IMG/VR virus record: IMGVR_UViG_2711768005_000013
DNA length: 44,601 bases
Source of the DNA: a virus
Lineage: Duplodnaviria > Heunggongvirae > Uroviricota > Caudoviricetes
Direction: 5' to 3' (one strand)
In this document: positions 30,079-39,215 of the stretch, piece after piece
Numbering within the stretch: the stretch's first letter is position 1
Layout of the letters: every line of letters starts with the position of its first letter
Made by a program: the position numbers and the translations under genes
Notes under the pieces: model-generated
Told to the model about the DNA's origin: nothing
Databases searched by the model: none
Seen by the model: the letters and a program-made list of their open reading frames with translations, nothing else

Positions 30079-30632
30079 GTAAATATATTGGTTCTACATT
30101 GACAGGAGACTTCAACCATAAGAAGTAATCTGAATACTTGAGCAATAAATTTACTTAAGATTAATGAGCGCACCTTGCCGGACAAAGATAAACCAAGGTA
30201 ACACCTTTTTTCTAGCCAGTATGTAATCAATCAGAAAGCCGCTCCATAAGAACAACAGCAAGACAATAAATTGCCATTACAGCCGCAATAGCCAGCGCAC
30301 ATTTGAGAACCAGCACGACAACCCCCTGTATTAGACGCACACCAGTCCTGATAAATATGAGGCTGTCTCGTCAGTGATTCAATACAACTATTGGGTATAG
30401 TTTCTGTGATTTTATTCTGTAGAAATGGAACACAACAACCAGTCACCACCAGCACTTCCTTAAATGCTCTAAGTCAGAAACAAGCCAACATTTTAGTCCG
30501 CTTTGAGCGATCTGCAGACATTGCTAGCAGCCTTCTGTGTGAATTCTCAGGGAGCAGGTCGGCATAGCATCACGTTGAGGCTCTTACCCTACTTGTTCAC
30601 ACCAACCCTAACTCCACAGACTGATTCATAAA

Positions 30633-31634
30633 TTAGTAATCTGCGTGTTTCGCACTTTTCAGAAATGCTTTCATATTTTCATTAGGTCGCTCAATTTCGA
30701 AGTTACTTCCATATAACTCTTGTAATTTTGGCCATAACTTACTTAATAACCCTCTCCTGCGATAAAATGGATGTATCCAAACGGTAGATAGGTACGGAGA
30801 ATTTGCATTTGAATTGTTTATTGTGACCAGCCCAACTAAACATTGTCGATAACCACTATTATCCATTGATTGTATTTCTTCGACGAATGGATACGCGATT
30901 ACATCAGTCCAACCATGATCGGTTGTATCCCATTGCATTCCGTCATGACATTCCTTCGACTGATAGCGGCGTAAAGCTACACACGCGAGCTTTTGCCAAT
31001 CTGGAGAATTAATTGTGATCTCTTCATCGTATGACGCGCCTATTGGAGCGGGTATTGGTCTGATTAATCCAGCATGGCATTCATCATAGAACTTCATGTT
31101 TCCCTCAGAAACGTTGTGTACGTTGGGTTGCTCCATGTGTGCGCCATTCAAAAATAGCTCTGATAGTAGTGTATCTACACTGTAATCTTTATTGATTATT
31201 GTCGGCTTAGAGTTTTTCTTATTAAGGCCGCGAGTAACGATTTTTTGATCAATGTTAACAACATGGAATAATCCGTCGGGGAGGCTAGCGAACCACGATG
31301 GGGCATCGGACCAGAATAGCATGCCTTTTGTACTTCTTAAGAGTTTAATTAAGTTAATACAAGCTTCTTCACTAGTCTTGCCGTTGATGCGAAGTATGTT
31401 AGGACTAAAGTAATATTCATCCATATCAGGGAATGCAGCTTCGCAAAACTCCTGTACATAATTTAGCACCTGGATTCTACAGAGATCATCATAGCTGGTA
31501 ATAACTAAGGGGGTATCTTCATTACTATTATGATTATCAATAATGCAATCTATAGCGAGACTTACTGCTTTGCGTATCACTTCAGTTGAATCTAACGACT
31601 CTAAAAATTTTGTCTTTCGTGTGCGAATATCCAT
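30633..31634 (-). CDS. Uncharacterised protein with C-terminal GNAT-like acetyltransferase motif
   Basis: 333 aa; C-terminal VWIHPFYRRRGLLSKLW...NENMKAFLKS resembles GNAT motif A; N-terminal about 220 aa unrecognised; 15 bp downstream of the preceding ORF. Confidence 0.45.
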   Translation of the reverse strand: MDIRTRKTKFLESLDSTEVIRKAVSLAIDCIIDNHNSNEDTPLVITSYDDLCRIQVLNYVQEFCEAAFPDMDEYYFSPNILRINGKTSEEACINLIKLLRSTKGMLFWSDAPSWFASLPDGLFHVVNIDQKIVTRGLNKKNSKPTIINKDYSVDTLLSELFLNGAHMEQPNVHNVSEGNMKFYDECHAGLIRPIPAPIGASYDEEITINSPDWQKLACVALRRYQSKECHDGMQWDTTDHGWTDVIAYPFVEEIQSMDNSGYRQCLVGLVTINNSNANSPYLSTVWIHPFYRRRGLLSKLWPKLQELYGSNFEIERPNENMKAFLKSAKHADY

Positions 31635-31649
31635 GTATGACCTGCGCTA

Positions 31650-32672
31650 TTAAAATTCATGAATGAACGGTTTGTCATCTGGTTGCAAAATGGTGGTTTT
31701 ATTCGTTGCTACATTTAAACTGTTGTAGAGCATAATTGCCAGGTTCGATGCATTTTCAATCAGCGTTTCAAGATCCTGGTCTGTAATCACTACGAGGTTC
31801 CCTTCTTTATCCTTTCCACCACGATGCACTAAGTGATTTCGATTGAGGGTTGCCAATTCAATAGCTTCTATCGGACAGTCTTTTTGTACTTTTATATCGA
31901 ATGTAGCTTCATAGCGGTCGATTACCTTTTTAGTGCTATGCCAGCTTGCACTGATCAAGTGTTCCTTGATTGACCTGATTAGCTCTCCCCTAATTTTCTC
32001 GATGGGTTCACCCTTGAAAGGCAACGCAGCAATATCTTTGCTTACTTTAAATTCAGTCTTACCTTTTTCTATACAATTGGCTATGTAGACATCATCTTTC
32101 TCTATAGAATTAATGAATAGCTCAACATAAAGCGTTTCCAAAGCTGTAATAACATTCGTGTAGAGCAAACTAAGCAAGTGGTTTTTTTGCTGTTGTTCAG
32201 TTTTATCTTTTGCAAGTTTTTTTATTTTATCGATATTATCAATGAATTTTAAATACGGATTACCGGAAGACGTTACAGCGTCGTAGATATCATCATCGTA
32301 CCAATCATCTATATTATTTGAGTTTCCAGACCAGTCAAAACATTGTGTTTGTAATTCATCTACTAATTCCTCAATATACTCAGATTTAACATATTGACCG
32401 AAGATGGATTGTAGTTCTTCGCTCGCATCATACGGCCCGCCATATATGTAAGCATAGCCACCTTCTCTACTTTCATACGGACAAGCATTTGCCGGATCTT
32501 CAAAGTTTTCAAAGAACCAGTTTTTCATTACTTCGAGTTGATCTTTTTTGCTTATGTATTTTAAAGATTTTAGTGGAACTTTCTTTCCATTAACCTCGAA
32601 AACAATTTTCACGATGTAACGCTCCCTTGTATCAATTGCGCAACTATTATACCACAGCGAAATACAGGGCAT
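31650..32672 (-). CDS. Uncharacterised protein with C-terminal HEPN-type Rx4H motif
   Basis: Start taken at ATG 32670-32672 with AAGGAGG SD 6 nt upstream (ORF-track GTG start at 32741 less likely); RNHLVH at 31824-31841; rest of protein unrecognised. Confidence 0.45.
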   Translation of the reverse strand: MPCISLWYNSCAIDTRERYIVKIVFEVNGKKVPLKSLKYISKKDQLEVMKNWFFENFEDPANACPYESREGGYAYIYGGPYDASEELQSIFGQYVKSEYIEELVDELQTQCFDWSGNSNNIDDWYDDDIYDAVTSSGNPYLKFIDNIDKIKKLAKDKTEQQQKNHLLSLLYTNVITALETLYVELFINSIEKDDVYIANCIEKGKTEFKVSKDIAALPFKGEPIEKIRGELIRSIKEHLISASWHSTKKVIDRYEATFDIKVQKDCPIEAIELATLNRNHLVHRGGKDKEGNLVVITDQDLETLIENASNLAIMLYNSLNVATNKTTILQPDDKPFIHEF

Positions 32673-32810
32673 AACCTGCCTCCTTAAACTAACATACCAT
32701 GAGCCAGCAATGTCCGCTATTGGCACAAAGCGGACAACCACGCTAGCTCTCCCCTGTGCCAGAAAAATGTCAATTTACATATGAACTAATGCTCTTTGAT
32801 CTAGTAACGT

Positions 32811-33242
32811 CTATAAATACCGAAGATTTCCTTGATAAAATGCCAGTACACGTTTCATAACTTCACTCTTCCGGCACTCGCGACAGATTATGTTCTGACG
32901 CCTGTCATAGCGGCGTATTTCTCCGTCTGGTAATGACCAGATAAGGTCAGGATCAACCACAACCGTTTTTTTCACCTTTGCCCTGGATAGTTTTTTGCGG
33001 GCGTTTTTCCAATCCTTACGAGCCTGTTCAGACGGGAATAACCCATAGCCAGAGTTGTATACATCGCCACTGGCAACCAACTCTCTGGCAAGAATGCTCA
33101 TCAGATATCTTGTCGCACCTGTCTTGGCCTCCAGTTGCCTTAACGTCTCGCGCCCACTCTGGCGTACCAACTCAACAACCTGCTCCTTAATTTTTTCACG
33201 CTCTTCCTGTGTAAAAACTTTTGCCATAAGCGCCTCCGGCAA
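32811..33242 (-). CDS. Hypothetical phage protein (possible Cys-containing DNA-binding protein)
   Basis: 143 aa ORF contiguous with the replication-module genes; CRECRK segment. Confidence 0.35.
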   Translation of the reverse strand: MPEALMAKVFTQEEREKIKEQVVELVRQSGRETLRQLEAKTGATRYLMSILARELVASGDVYNSGYGLFPSEQARKDWKNARKKLSRAKVKKTVVVDPDLIWSLPDGEIRRYDRRQNIICRECRKSEVMKRVLAFYQGNLRYL

Positions 33243-34004
33243 TCACTTTTCCGACACAATACGACTGGAGGAATCGACAATCTGTCGGACAATATCCCGG
33301 TGCTTGTTCAGCTCCCGCAGCGCGGCGCAGACTCGCTCCCACTTCTGGACATGATTTTTCGCCCGACGCAGTTCGCGGTTTGCCATATGCAGCGATGGTA
33401 AAACTAGGTCATCCGCTTGCGTTTCAGTAAACGATGGCAGCGACTGCACAATGTCCGCCACAGTTTCTGTTTTAATATCTTCCTGTGTTGCCGCTTCCTG
33501 TACTGGTAACGCAACACCGGCTGGCTGAGGAAAGGCTTTACCATCAGTTTCCGCTACCGATGCAGCTTTCGGCTCTGCTGGTAAATTATCGCCCGGCATG
33601 CAGTAACGAAATTTACTGTTCTGGTTTACGCGAATCAGGCGTCCTTTGCTGATTGCCATTGCCAGCGTTGAAGCAACTTTGCGGGATGTTGTACCGAACA
33701 GCGTAGCCAGTTCATCCGCCGTTTGTGGTCCGCGTTGTTCAATCGTCGCGGTTAAATCGCACTCTGAGATTTTCACTACAGTTGCCGTGGTGGTTTCTTC
33801 CGGCAGTTCTGCCTGCATTGGCTGTTCCTGCTGAACGTTGTTATCAGCCACACGCCAGGTGTACGCGCTTTTATCAACGAAACCAGCTTTTTTCAGTTCC
33901 CATAGTTCGTTCAGCACTTCTTCACGACTGATATCAAGTCGCGCAGCAAGTTCTATGGATGTGGCTTTTCCCATTGCTTTCAGTGCGTCAAAAACAGTCT
34001 CCAT
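33243..34004 (-). CDS. Hypothetical protein with two winged-helix-like segments
   Basis: Start at ATG 34002-34004 with GGGAGG SD; [43 protein letters not shown] and a second HTH-like segment. Confidence 0.4.
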   Translation of the reverse strand: METVFDALKAMGKATSIELAARLDISREEVLNELWELKKAGFVDKSAYTWRVADNNVQQEQPMQAELPEETTTATVVKISECDLTATIEQRGPQTADELATLFGTTSRKVASTLAMAISKGRLIRVNQNSKFRYCMPGDNLPAEPKAASVAETDGKAFPQPAGVALPVQEAATQEDIKTETVADIVQSLPSFTETQADDLVLPSLHMANRELRRAKNHVQKWERVCAALRELNKHRDIVRQIVDSSSRIVSEK

Positions 34005-34026
34005 AAAAATTTCCTCCCGGTAAAAA

Positions 34027-34806
34027 TTACTTCTCAATTCCTGGCTGGACGACATTCGGACGCCAGCTCTCCCAGTTAAAATTCACCCATCGCCCGCCGT
34101 NNNNNNNNNNNNNNNNNNNNNNNNNNNNNNNNNNNNNNNNNNNNNNNNNNNNNNNNNNNNNNNNNNNNNNNNNNNNNNNNNNNNNNNNNNNNNNNNNNNN
34201 NNNNNNNNNNNNNNNNNNNNNNNNNNNNNNNNNNNNNNNNNNNNNNNNNNNNNNNNNNNNNNNNNNNNNNNNNNNNNNNNNNNNNNNNNNNNNNNNNNNN
34301 NNNNNNNNNNNNNNNNNNNNNNNNNNNNNNNNNNNNNNNNNNNNNNNNNNNNNNNNNNNNNNNNNNNNNNNNNNNNNNNNNNNNNNNNNNNNNNNNNNNN
34401 NNNNNNNNNNNNNNNNNNNNNNNNNNNNNNNNNNNNNNNNNNNGATAGCTGCCGCTAAGTGGTTCTTCCCGGTACCAGGTTTTCCGCTGAACGCAAAATT
34501 TGTACACCCGGTCATCAGTTCATCAGCGATGGATTTCGCCTGACTCAACGCGTATCGCTGCGCTTCGTTCTGCACCTGGTAATTCGAAAACGAGCATTTG
34601 CGGTGCAATGGCTGGATGCCAGAGCGATTCAGAATTTTTTCCACCCGCAACTGACGATTCTGACGGTTGATCTCCTCACAACGTTTCTGGCCTTCGGAAA
34701 GTTGCCACTCGCGCCACTCCGCTACCGTCTTGAATGGCGCGGTTACATGTGACGGGGCCAGTCTGCGGATACGTTCAAGAACGTCGCCTGTCGCAATATT
34801 TTTCAT
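34027..34806 (-). CDS. ydaV: DnaC-like replication / helicase loader protein, interrupted by an N run
   Basis: Walker [16 protein letters not shown]; position after ydaU-like gene as in Rac. Confidence 0.7.
   Translation of the reverse strand: MKNIATGDVLERIRRLAPSHVTAPFKTVAEWREWQLSEGQKRCEEINRQNRQLRVEKILNRSGIQPLHRKCSFSNYQVQNEAQRYALSQAKSIADELMTGCTNFAFSGKPGTGKNHLAAAIXXXXXXXXXXXXXXXXXXXXXXXXXXXXXXXXXXXXXXXXXXXXXXXXXXXXXXXXXXXXXXXXXXXXXXXXXXXXXXXXXXXXXXXXXXXXXXXXXXXXXXXXXXXXXXXXXXXGGRWVNFNWESWRPNVVQPGIEK
34101..34443. other. Run of N inside the DnaC-like gene
   Basis: Contiguous n characters. Confidence 1.
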
Positions 34807-34812
34807 GGTCAG

Positions 34813-35670
34813 TTACCCCCTGAAGCCTGGCGGGATCGCACTATCCGGTAACGAGACGGTGTTAACCTGTCGGAGTAACGTCTCAGGTCGAACACCTTTC
34901 GGCGCGAACAAGCCCTGGTATTCATTGGCGATGCTGTGTCGAATCACCTGCTCAGGTGAAAAACCCTGCTGGCGGAATTTTTCCAGCTCCCGTATCGCCC
35001 CGTTAGCGCCCTGCTCCGTTCGAATCGGTTTTCGCAATGCCTGGCGAAATTCAACCCACTCACGCCAAAGCGAGACAGAAATCCAGTTCGGCAAAGCAAT
35101 ATCCAGAGGGTCAAACTTTTTGACACCTCGATTCCCCCGGGGGGGATTTAGGGGGGGATCTGTTTTTAGATCTTTATCTGTATCTTTATTAGTTGCCTTT
35201 GTGTTGACATCATGTTCAAACACCACTTCAACATCTGTTTGAACACCTGTTAAATTTCTCTCTTGTTTTGTTTGAACATCTGCTTCCTTTCTGCTTCTTC
35301 TGGCCTGAACAGATGCTTTTCCTGCGGCTGATTTTTTGGTTAATTTTTCCCTGACTGATGCCAGATCTTCCTCAATCCGAAGATGCACCCATTCCTCGCC
35401 GTTATCGCAAAAAAACTCCTGCAAGGATGGTTCAACATCAGCCCATCGCTCGTTAGTCAGACGGGCAATTTTTGCCAGCCTGTTTTTAGGTATTGGCTTT
35501 CCTGTTTGCCAGTAATTGAACATCAGCAACAAATACGCACCATGCTCCTCTGCTGACAAATGCATGGTGTCAGCCAGGTAATCAGCTATGTACAGTTGCA
35601 TGTATGGTAATGCGGCCATAATTGCCCCGTATGATGCTGCCCGGTGGCTTAGAATAAGCACAAACAGCAT
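34813..35670 (-). CDS. ydaU: Replication-module protein YdaU-like
   Basis: 285 aa as I recall for Rac YdaU, in the Rac position; alternative start ATG at 35617-35619 (MAALPYMQ). Confidence 0.55.
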   Translation of the reverse strand: MLFVLILSHRAASYGAIMAALPYMQLYIADYLADTMHLSAEEHGAYLLLMFNYWQTGKPIPKNRLAKIARLTNERWADVEPSLQEFFCDNGEEWVHLRIEEDLASVREKLTKKSAAGKASVQARRSRKEADVQTKQERNLTGVQTDVEVVFEHDVNTKATNKDTDKDLKTDPPLNPPRGNRGVKKFDPLDIALPNWISVSLWREWVEFRQALRKPIRTEQGANGAIRELEKFRQQGFSPEQVIRHSIANEYQGLFAPKGVRPETLLRQVNTVSLPDSAIPPGFRG

Positions 35671-35682
35671 GGAAACTTTTGC

Positions 35683-36105
35683 TTAATGAACAATGACAGA
35701 ATCGTCGGAAGACCCGCCGCCGCTGAAATGCGCTTTCCGGTAAACGGCTTGGACTGCATCATCATGCGCATCAATTGCCGTACTTAACGCTTCCTGCGCC
35801 GCCAGTAATGCACGGCGTTCCAGGGTATCGAAGATGCAGAGTCGGTGACGCAGCTCGCGCGGAAGGATTGCCAGAATTGCTGGGATCAGCTTCTGAATTT
35901 TTTCTCTTTGCGTTTTCGTTTCACCTTTCAACCAACGGTGATAGATATTCTGCTGATTATTCCAGTCCTTGCCTGGTACCAGGGGCAATTCGCCGCCCCC
36001 CTGGCGCAGATATTCTTCAGTAATGGCATTGGCTACCCATGCCTGCCCTTTTTCGGCTGCCAGGGCTAACAACACTGACTCGATGTGCTCATGCTTGATT
36101 TTCAT
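35683..36105 (-). CDS. ydaT: YdaT-like protein
   Basis: 140 aa, matching recalled YdaT length and position downstream of ydaS. Confidence 0.6.
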   Translation of the reverse strand: MKIKHEHIESVLLALAAEKGQAWVANAITEEYLRQGGGELPLVPGKDWNNQQNIYHRWLKGETKTQREKIQKLIPAILAILPRELRHRLCIFDTLERRALLAAQEALSTAIDAHDDAVQAVYRKAHFSGGGSSDDSVIVH

Positions 36106-36356
36106 GAATCAACTCCCATCAGCTTTTTCGTAGTAGTTTTATTTCTGCCAATAGTTAAAATTACATCAGCAGAAAATAATCCGTTTGATGCATGAGCGAT
36201 TTTTTCAGCGTAATTTGTTTCGCCGGTATATTCTGTGCGAGGCAATTTTCCGTTATCCATCCATTTGTAGATTGCTCTTTGGCTGACACCACAAACGTCG
36301 GCCACAACAGAAACGCGAACAGTTTTGATTACATCTTCAAGTGTTTTCTGGTTCAT
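36102..36356 (-). CDS. ydaS: Cro-like HTH protein YdaS-like
   Basis: HTH segment VADVCGVSQRAIYKWM; start taken at ATG 36354-36356 with GAGGG SD (ORF-track start 36428 is upstream); divergent from racR. Confidence 0.55.
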   Translation of the reverse strand: MNQKTLEDVIKTVRVSVVADVCGVSQRAIYKWMDNGKLPRTEYTGETNYAEKIAHASNGLFSADVILTIGRNKTTTKKLMGVDS

Positions 36357-36417
36357 ATCACCCTCACAATGTGAACTTTGAGTACATGCTATAACAGAAC
36401 TGACAGTACATTCAAGA

Positions 36418-36855
36418 GTGAATATCATTGAACTTATGGTTCATGAAGATAAAGCGCGTAAAGAGTTCGCCAGTAGGCTTGCGCTAGCCTGTGAAAACGC
36501 TGGTTATGAACAACATGGAAGGCAGGCAGAAATTGCCCGTCGAATGAAATTAACACCAAAAGCGGTTAGCAAATGGTTTAATGGCGAAACAATTCCTCGC
36601 CGAGAGAAATTAAGGGAATTAGCAACACTCATTGGAACAACACCAACCTATCTTTTGGGAGAGGATACAGAAGAAAGTGGACAGGTACGTTTCTATCAGG
36701 AGTTAAATCCAAGACAAAAAATCATCATTGACCTTCTGGACGAGCTCCCTGACAGTGAGACAGATGAACTTTTAAAAACTCTTGAGGAGAAAAAACAGAA
36801 GTACAATGCAATTTACGAAGAGCTAGCACGAAAGAAAAAACAAAAAGCCTCTTAA
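36418..36855 (+). CDS. racR: Prophage repressor RacR-like (HTH)
   Basis: HTH segment RQAEIARRMKLTPKAVSKWFNGETIP; divergent to ydaS; start codon uncertain (GTG 36418 or ATG 36436). Confidence 0.6.
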   Translation: MNIIELMVHEDKARKEFASRLALACENAGYEQHGRQAEIARRMKLTPKAVSKWFNGETIPRREKLRELATLIGTTPTYLLGEDTEESGQVRFYQELNPRQKIIIDLLDELPDSETDELLKTLEEKKQKYNAIYEELARKKKQKAS

Positions 36856-37145
36856 ACCAGCATAAATCCGGTAGCGTCCCCCTCCGGGTTTGTGCTTCAC
36901 TTTATCCCATCTCATTTTTTTACACACAAAATGTACTTATAGTACTTTACATCAATGAACACAAAGTACATTATATACCTACCAACCCACCCCGCCCCAC
37001 AGAACGCAGGGCAATACTTCGAGTTACCAGGCAGTGGTCAGGGGTTAAGTAGCCAGCCCGAGGCGTATGAACATGACGGCAGGGTTCAGATTTTGCAGTG
37101 CAGCAGGTTTCAGTTCCGCCACCCGGCGTTAAGGGGAGAGATAAG

Positions 37146-37280
37146 ATGGTGCATTACGAAGTAGTTCAGTATTTGATGGATTGTTGCGGTATCACTTACA
37201 ACCAGGCTGTGCAGGCTTTACGCAGCAACGACTGGGATCTCTGGCAGGCAGAAGTCGCTATACACAGCAACAAGATGTGA
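37146..37280 (+). CDS. ydaG: Small protein YdaG-like (44 aa)
   Basis: MVHYEVVQYLMDCCGITYNQAVQALRSNDWDLWQAEVAIHSNKM; Rac position. Confidence 0.55.
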   Translation: MVHYEVVQYLMDCCGITYNQAVQALRSNDWDLWQAEVAIHSNKM

Positions 37281-37290
37281 GATTCGCAAA

Positions 37291-37446
37291 ATGCAAAAAA
37301 TCGACCTCGGCAACAACGAATCCCTGGTGTGCGGCGTGTTCCCCAACCAGGATGGAACGTTCACTGCCATGACGTATACCAAAAGCAAAACATTTAAAAC
37401 CGAAACTGGTGCGCGCCGATGGTTGGAGAAGCACACAGTAAGCTAA
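37291..37446 (+). CDS. ydaF: Small protein YdaF-like (51 aa)
   Basis: MQKIDLGNNESLVCGVFPNQDGTFTAMTYTKSKTFKTETGARRWLEKHTVS; stop overlaps convergent sieB stop. Confidence 0.55.
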   Translation: MQKIDLGNNESLVCGVFPNQDGTFTAMTYTKSKTFKTETGARRWLEKHTVS

Positions 37447-37931
37447 CGATTAAAACGTCTACTCCTGCTGTTCCAGAATAACTTCATAAAATGGGAGTAT
37501 TTTTCGGTGACGAGATAATAAGAACAGTTTGCGCTATCACTCTGATGTTGAATGATGCCCTTCCGTTCTAATTTTTTCATAACCGGGTTACGGCAAGGAG
37601 AAGTGATAATAAGATTTCCTGTTTTAAGGAAATCTTTAAATACAGCGATTTCTTTCTCAGATAAACGAAGCAATACTCGTTGCTCTGGTAGTAATGAATA
37701 ATGCTTTTGAATATGTGCTCGCAATCTTGAGAAGGAAATGGCGACCACGAAAGAAAAGGCAAAAACGATAATCTGAAAGAGCCAAGGTATTTCAGTATAA
37801 GCATTGAATGCGACAGTAAACTCTTTCGGTATCAGCCAGAGAGTGAGACCAAAAATGATAATCGTATACATAAGTATTTCGAGTGGCTCGTTAGCAAAAA
37901 GTTTCAACAATGGAGTAAATACATCCAACAT
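37443..37931 (-). CDS. sieB: Superinfection exclusion protein B
   Basis: 162 aa from ATG at 37929-37931 (MLDVFTPLLKLFANEP...) with membrane segments; Rac position. Confidence 0.7.
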   Translation of the reverse strand: MLDVFTPLLKLFANEPLEILMYTIIIFGLTLWLIPKEFTVAFNAYTEIPWLFQIIVFAFSFVVAISFSRLRAHIQKHYSLLPEQRVLLRLSEKEIAVFKDFLKTGNLIITSPCRNPVMKKLERKGIIQHQSDSANCSYYLVTEKYSHFMKLFWNSRSRRFNR

Positions 37932-38372
37932 ATCAATAACTCTCAACTGTAAGGGTATTGAAATGTTAACACAAGCTCTCGCTGTAGGGGTATAGCCGAG
38001 ACCACCGAAGCCCGGAGGTGGTGAAATAAAACCGGGCACAACACGAAGGCGCATTTCCGATATCCATAAAGAGTCGGTCTTGTCTGTTAAATTTAAATGG
38101 TGGGAGTGCGCCTCCGGTTGTAAATAACGACATTGCTGTGTGTAGTCCTGGCGGCATCAGTTTTTTTCTTGAAGTTCGGCTGATGTCCGCCCTTTTTAAA
38201 GTGAATTTTGTGATGCGGTGAATGCGGCTAAGCGCACGTGGCACAGTTAAAAGTCATGTTAGTCCTTATTGGTTTGGGTGGGAAAGCCGACTGTAATTGT
38301 TAACTGGTTGCAGTCACCTGGAGGCACCAGGCACCGCATCAACAAAGTTCATTTGTAAAAATGGAGATAATT

Positions 38373-38594
38373 ATGATTGCACATCACTTCGGAACTGATG
38401 AAATACCACGTCAGTGTGTGACTCCTGGCGATTATGTTCTTCATGAAGGCCGGACATATATTGCCTCGGCAAACAATATTAAAAAGCGAAAACTATATAT
38501 TCGTAACCTGACCACAAAAACATGCATTACTGACCGCATGATTAAAGTCTTCCTCGGTCGTGATGGTTTACCTGTAAAGGCGGAGTCATGGTGA
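38373..38594 (+). CDS. kilR: Cell-division inhibitor KilR
   Basis: 73 aa [73 protein letters not shown]; GGAG SD. Confidence 0.8.
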   Translation: MIAHHFGTDEIPRQCVTPGDYVLHEGRTYIASANNIKKRKLYIRNLTTKTCITDRMIKVFLGRDGLPVKAESW

Positions 38595-38763
38595 TGACTA
38601 AGAAAATAAAATGTGCTTACCACCTTTGCAAAAAAGACGTTGAAGAAAGCAAAGCTATTGAAAGAATGCTTCACTTCATGCACGGGATTTTATCAAAAGA
38701 CGAACCGAGAAAATATTGCAGTGAAGCTTGTGCCGAAAAAGACCAGATGGCACATGAACTTTA
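38594..38763 (+). CDS. ydaE: Small Cys-rich protein YdaE-like (56 aa)
   Basis: [19 protein letters not shown]...YCSEACAEKDQMAHEL; in-frame ATG also at 38588. Confidence 0.55.
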
Positions 38764-38838
38764 ATTAATTGACTATTCGAAACTGAATTTATGCCAGAAA
38801 TGGCAGGTATTCGCTCAACCTTAATTAAGGAGAAAAAC

Positions 38839-39114
38839 ATGATTACCAATTATGAAGCCACTGTTGTAACTACCGATGACATTGTTCACGAGGTGAATCT
38901 GGAAGGAAAGCGCATTGGCTACGTAATTAAAACAGAAAATAAAGAAACCCCATTCACTGTGGTTGATATCGATGGTCCATCAGGCAACGTAAAAACACTT
39001 GATGAAGGTGTCAAAAAAATGTGCCTGGTGCATATCGGAAAGAATCTGCCCGCAGAAAAAAAAGCCGAATTTCTGGCAACTCTAATTGCAATGAAATTAA
39101 AAGGTGAAATCTGA
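38839..39114 (+). CDS. racC: RacC
   Basis: 91 aa from ATG with AAGGAG SD (MITNYEATVVTTDDIVHEV...); immediately upstream of recE. Confidence 0.65.
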   Translation: MITNYEATVVTTDDIVHEVNLEGKRIGYVIKTENKETPFTVVDIDGPSGNVKTLDEGVKKMCLVHIGKNLPAEKKAEFLATLIAMKLKGEI

Positions 39115-39215
39115 AAGAAATAGCCTGCGTATGGCGCAGGCTATGAACAGTGTGTATCCGGCAAGATCATTCACTGAACAAAACGAATTTTAATCTGAGT
39201 TGAGGTTAAAAAACA

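Noticed and set aside
30231-30455. 74-aa Cys-rich minus-strand ORF (...GCRAGSQMCAGYCGCNGNLLSCCCSYGAAF) that superficially resembles a Cys-rich peptide
   Set aside because: Track start is a non-canonical codon (ATT), there is no convincing SD, and it lies in the spacer after the DUF1971 terminator; most likely a chance ORF, though the Cys richness is unusual
36955-37164. 69-aa plus-strand ORF between racR and ydaG
   Set aside because: Pro/Gly/Gln-rich with no SD; overlaps the AGTACAT repeat region and the better-supported ydaG start, so treated as noncoding regulatory DNA
38055-38360. Long-range complementarity (GATGCGGTG about 38211 with CACCGCATC about 38330) in the sieB-kilR intergenic region, considered as a structured RNA
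   Set aside because: A single 9-bp complementarity over about 110 nt is weak evidence; no terminator or promoter context identified
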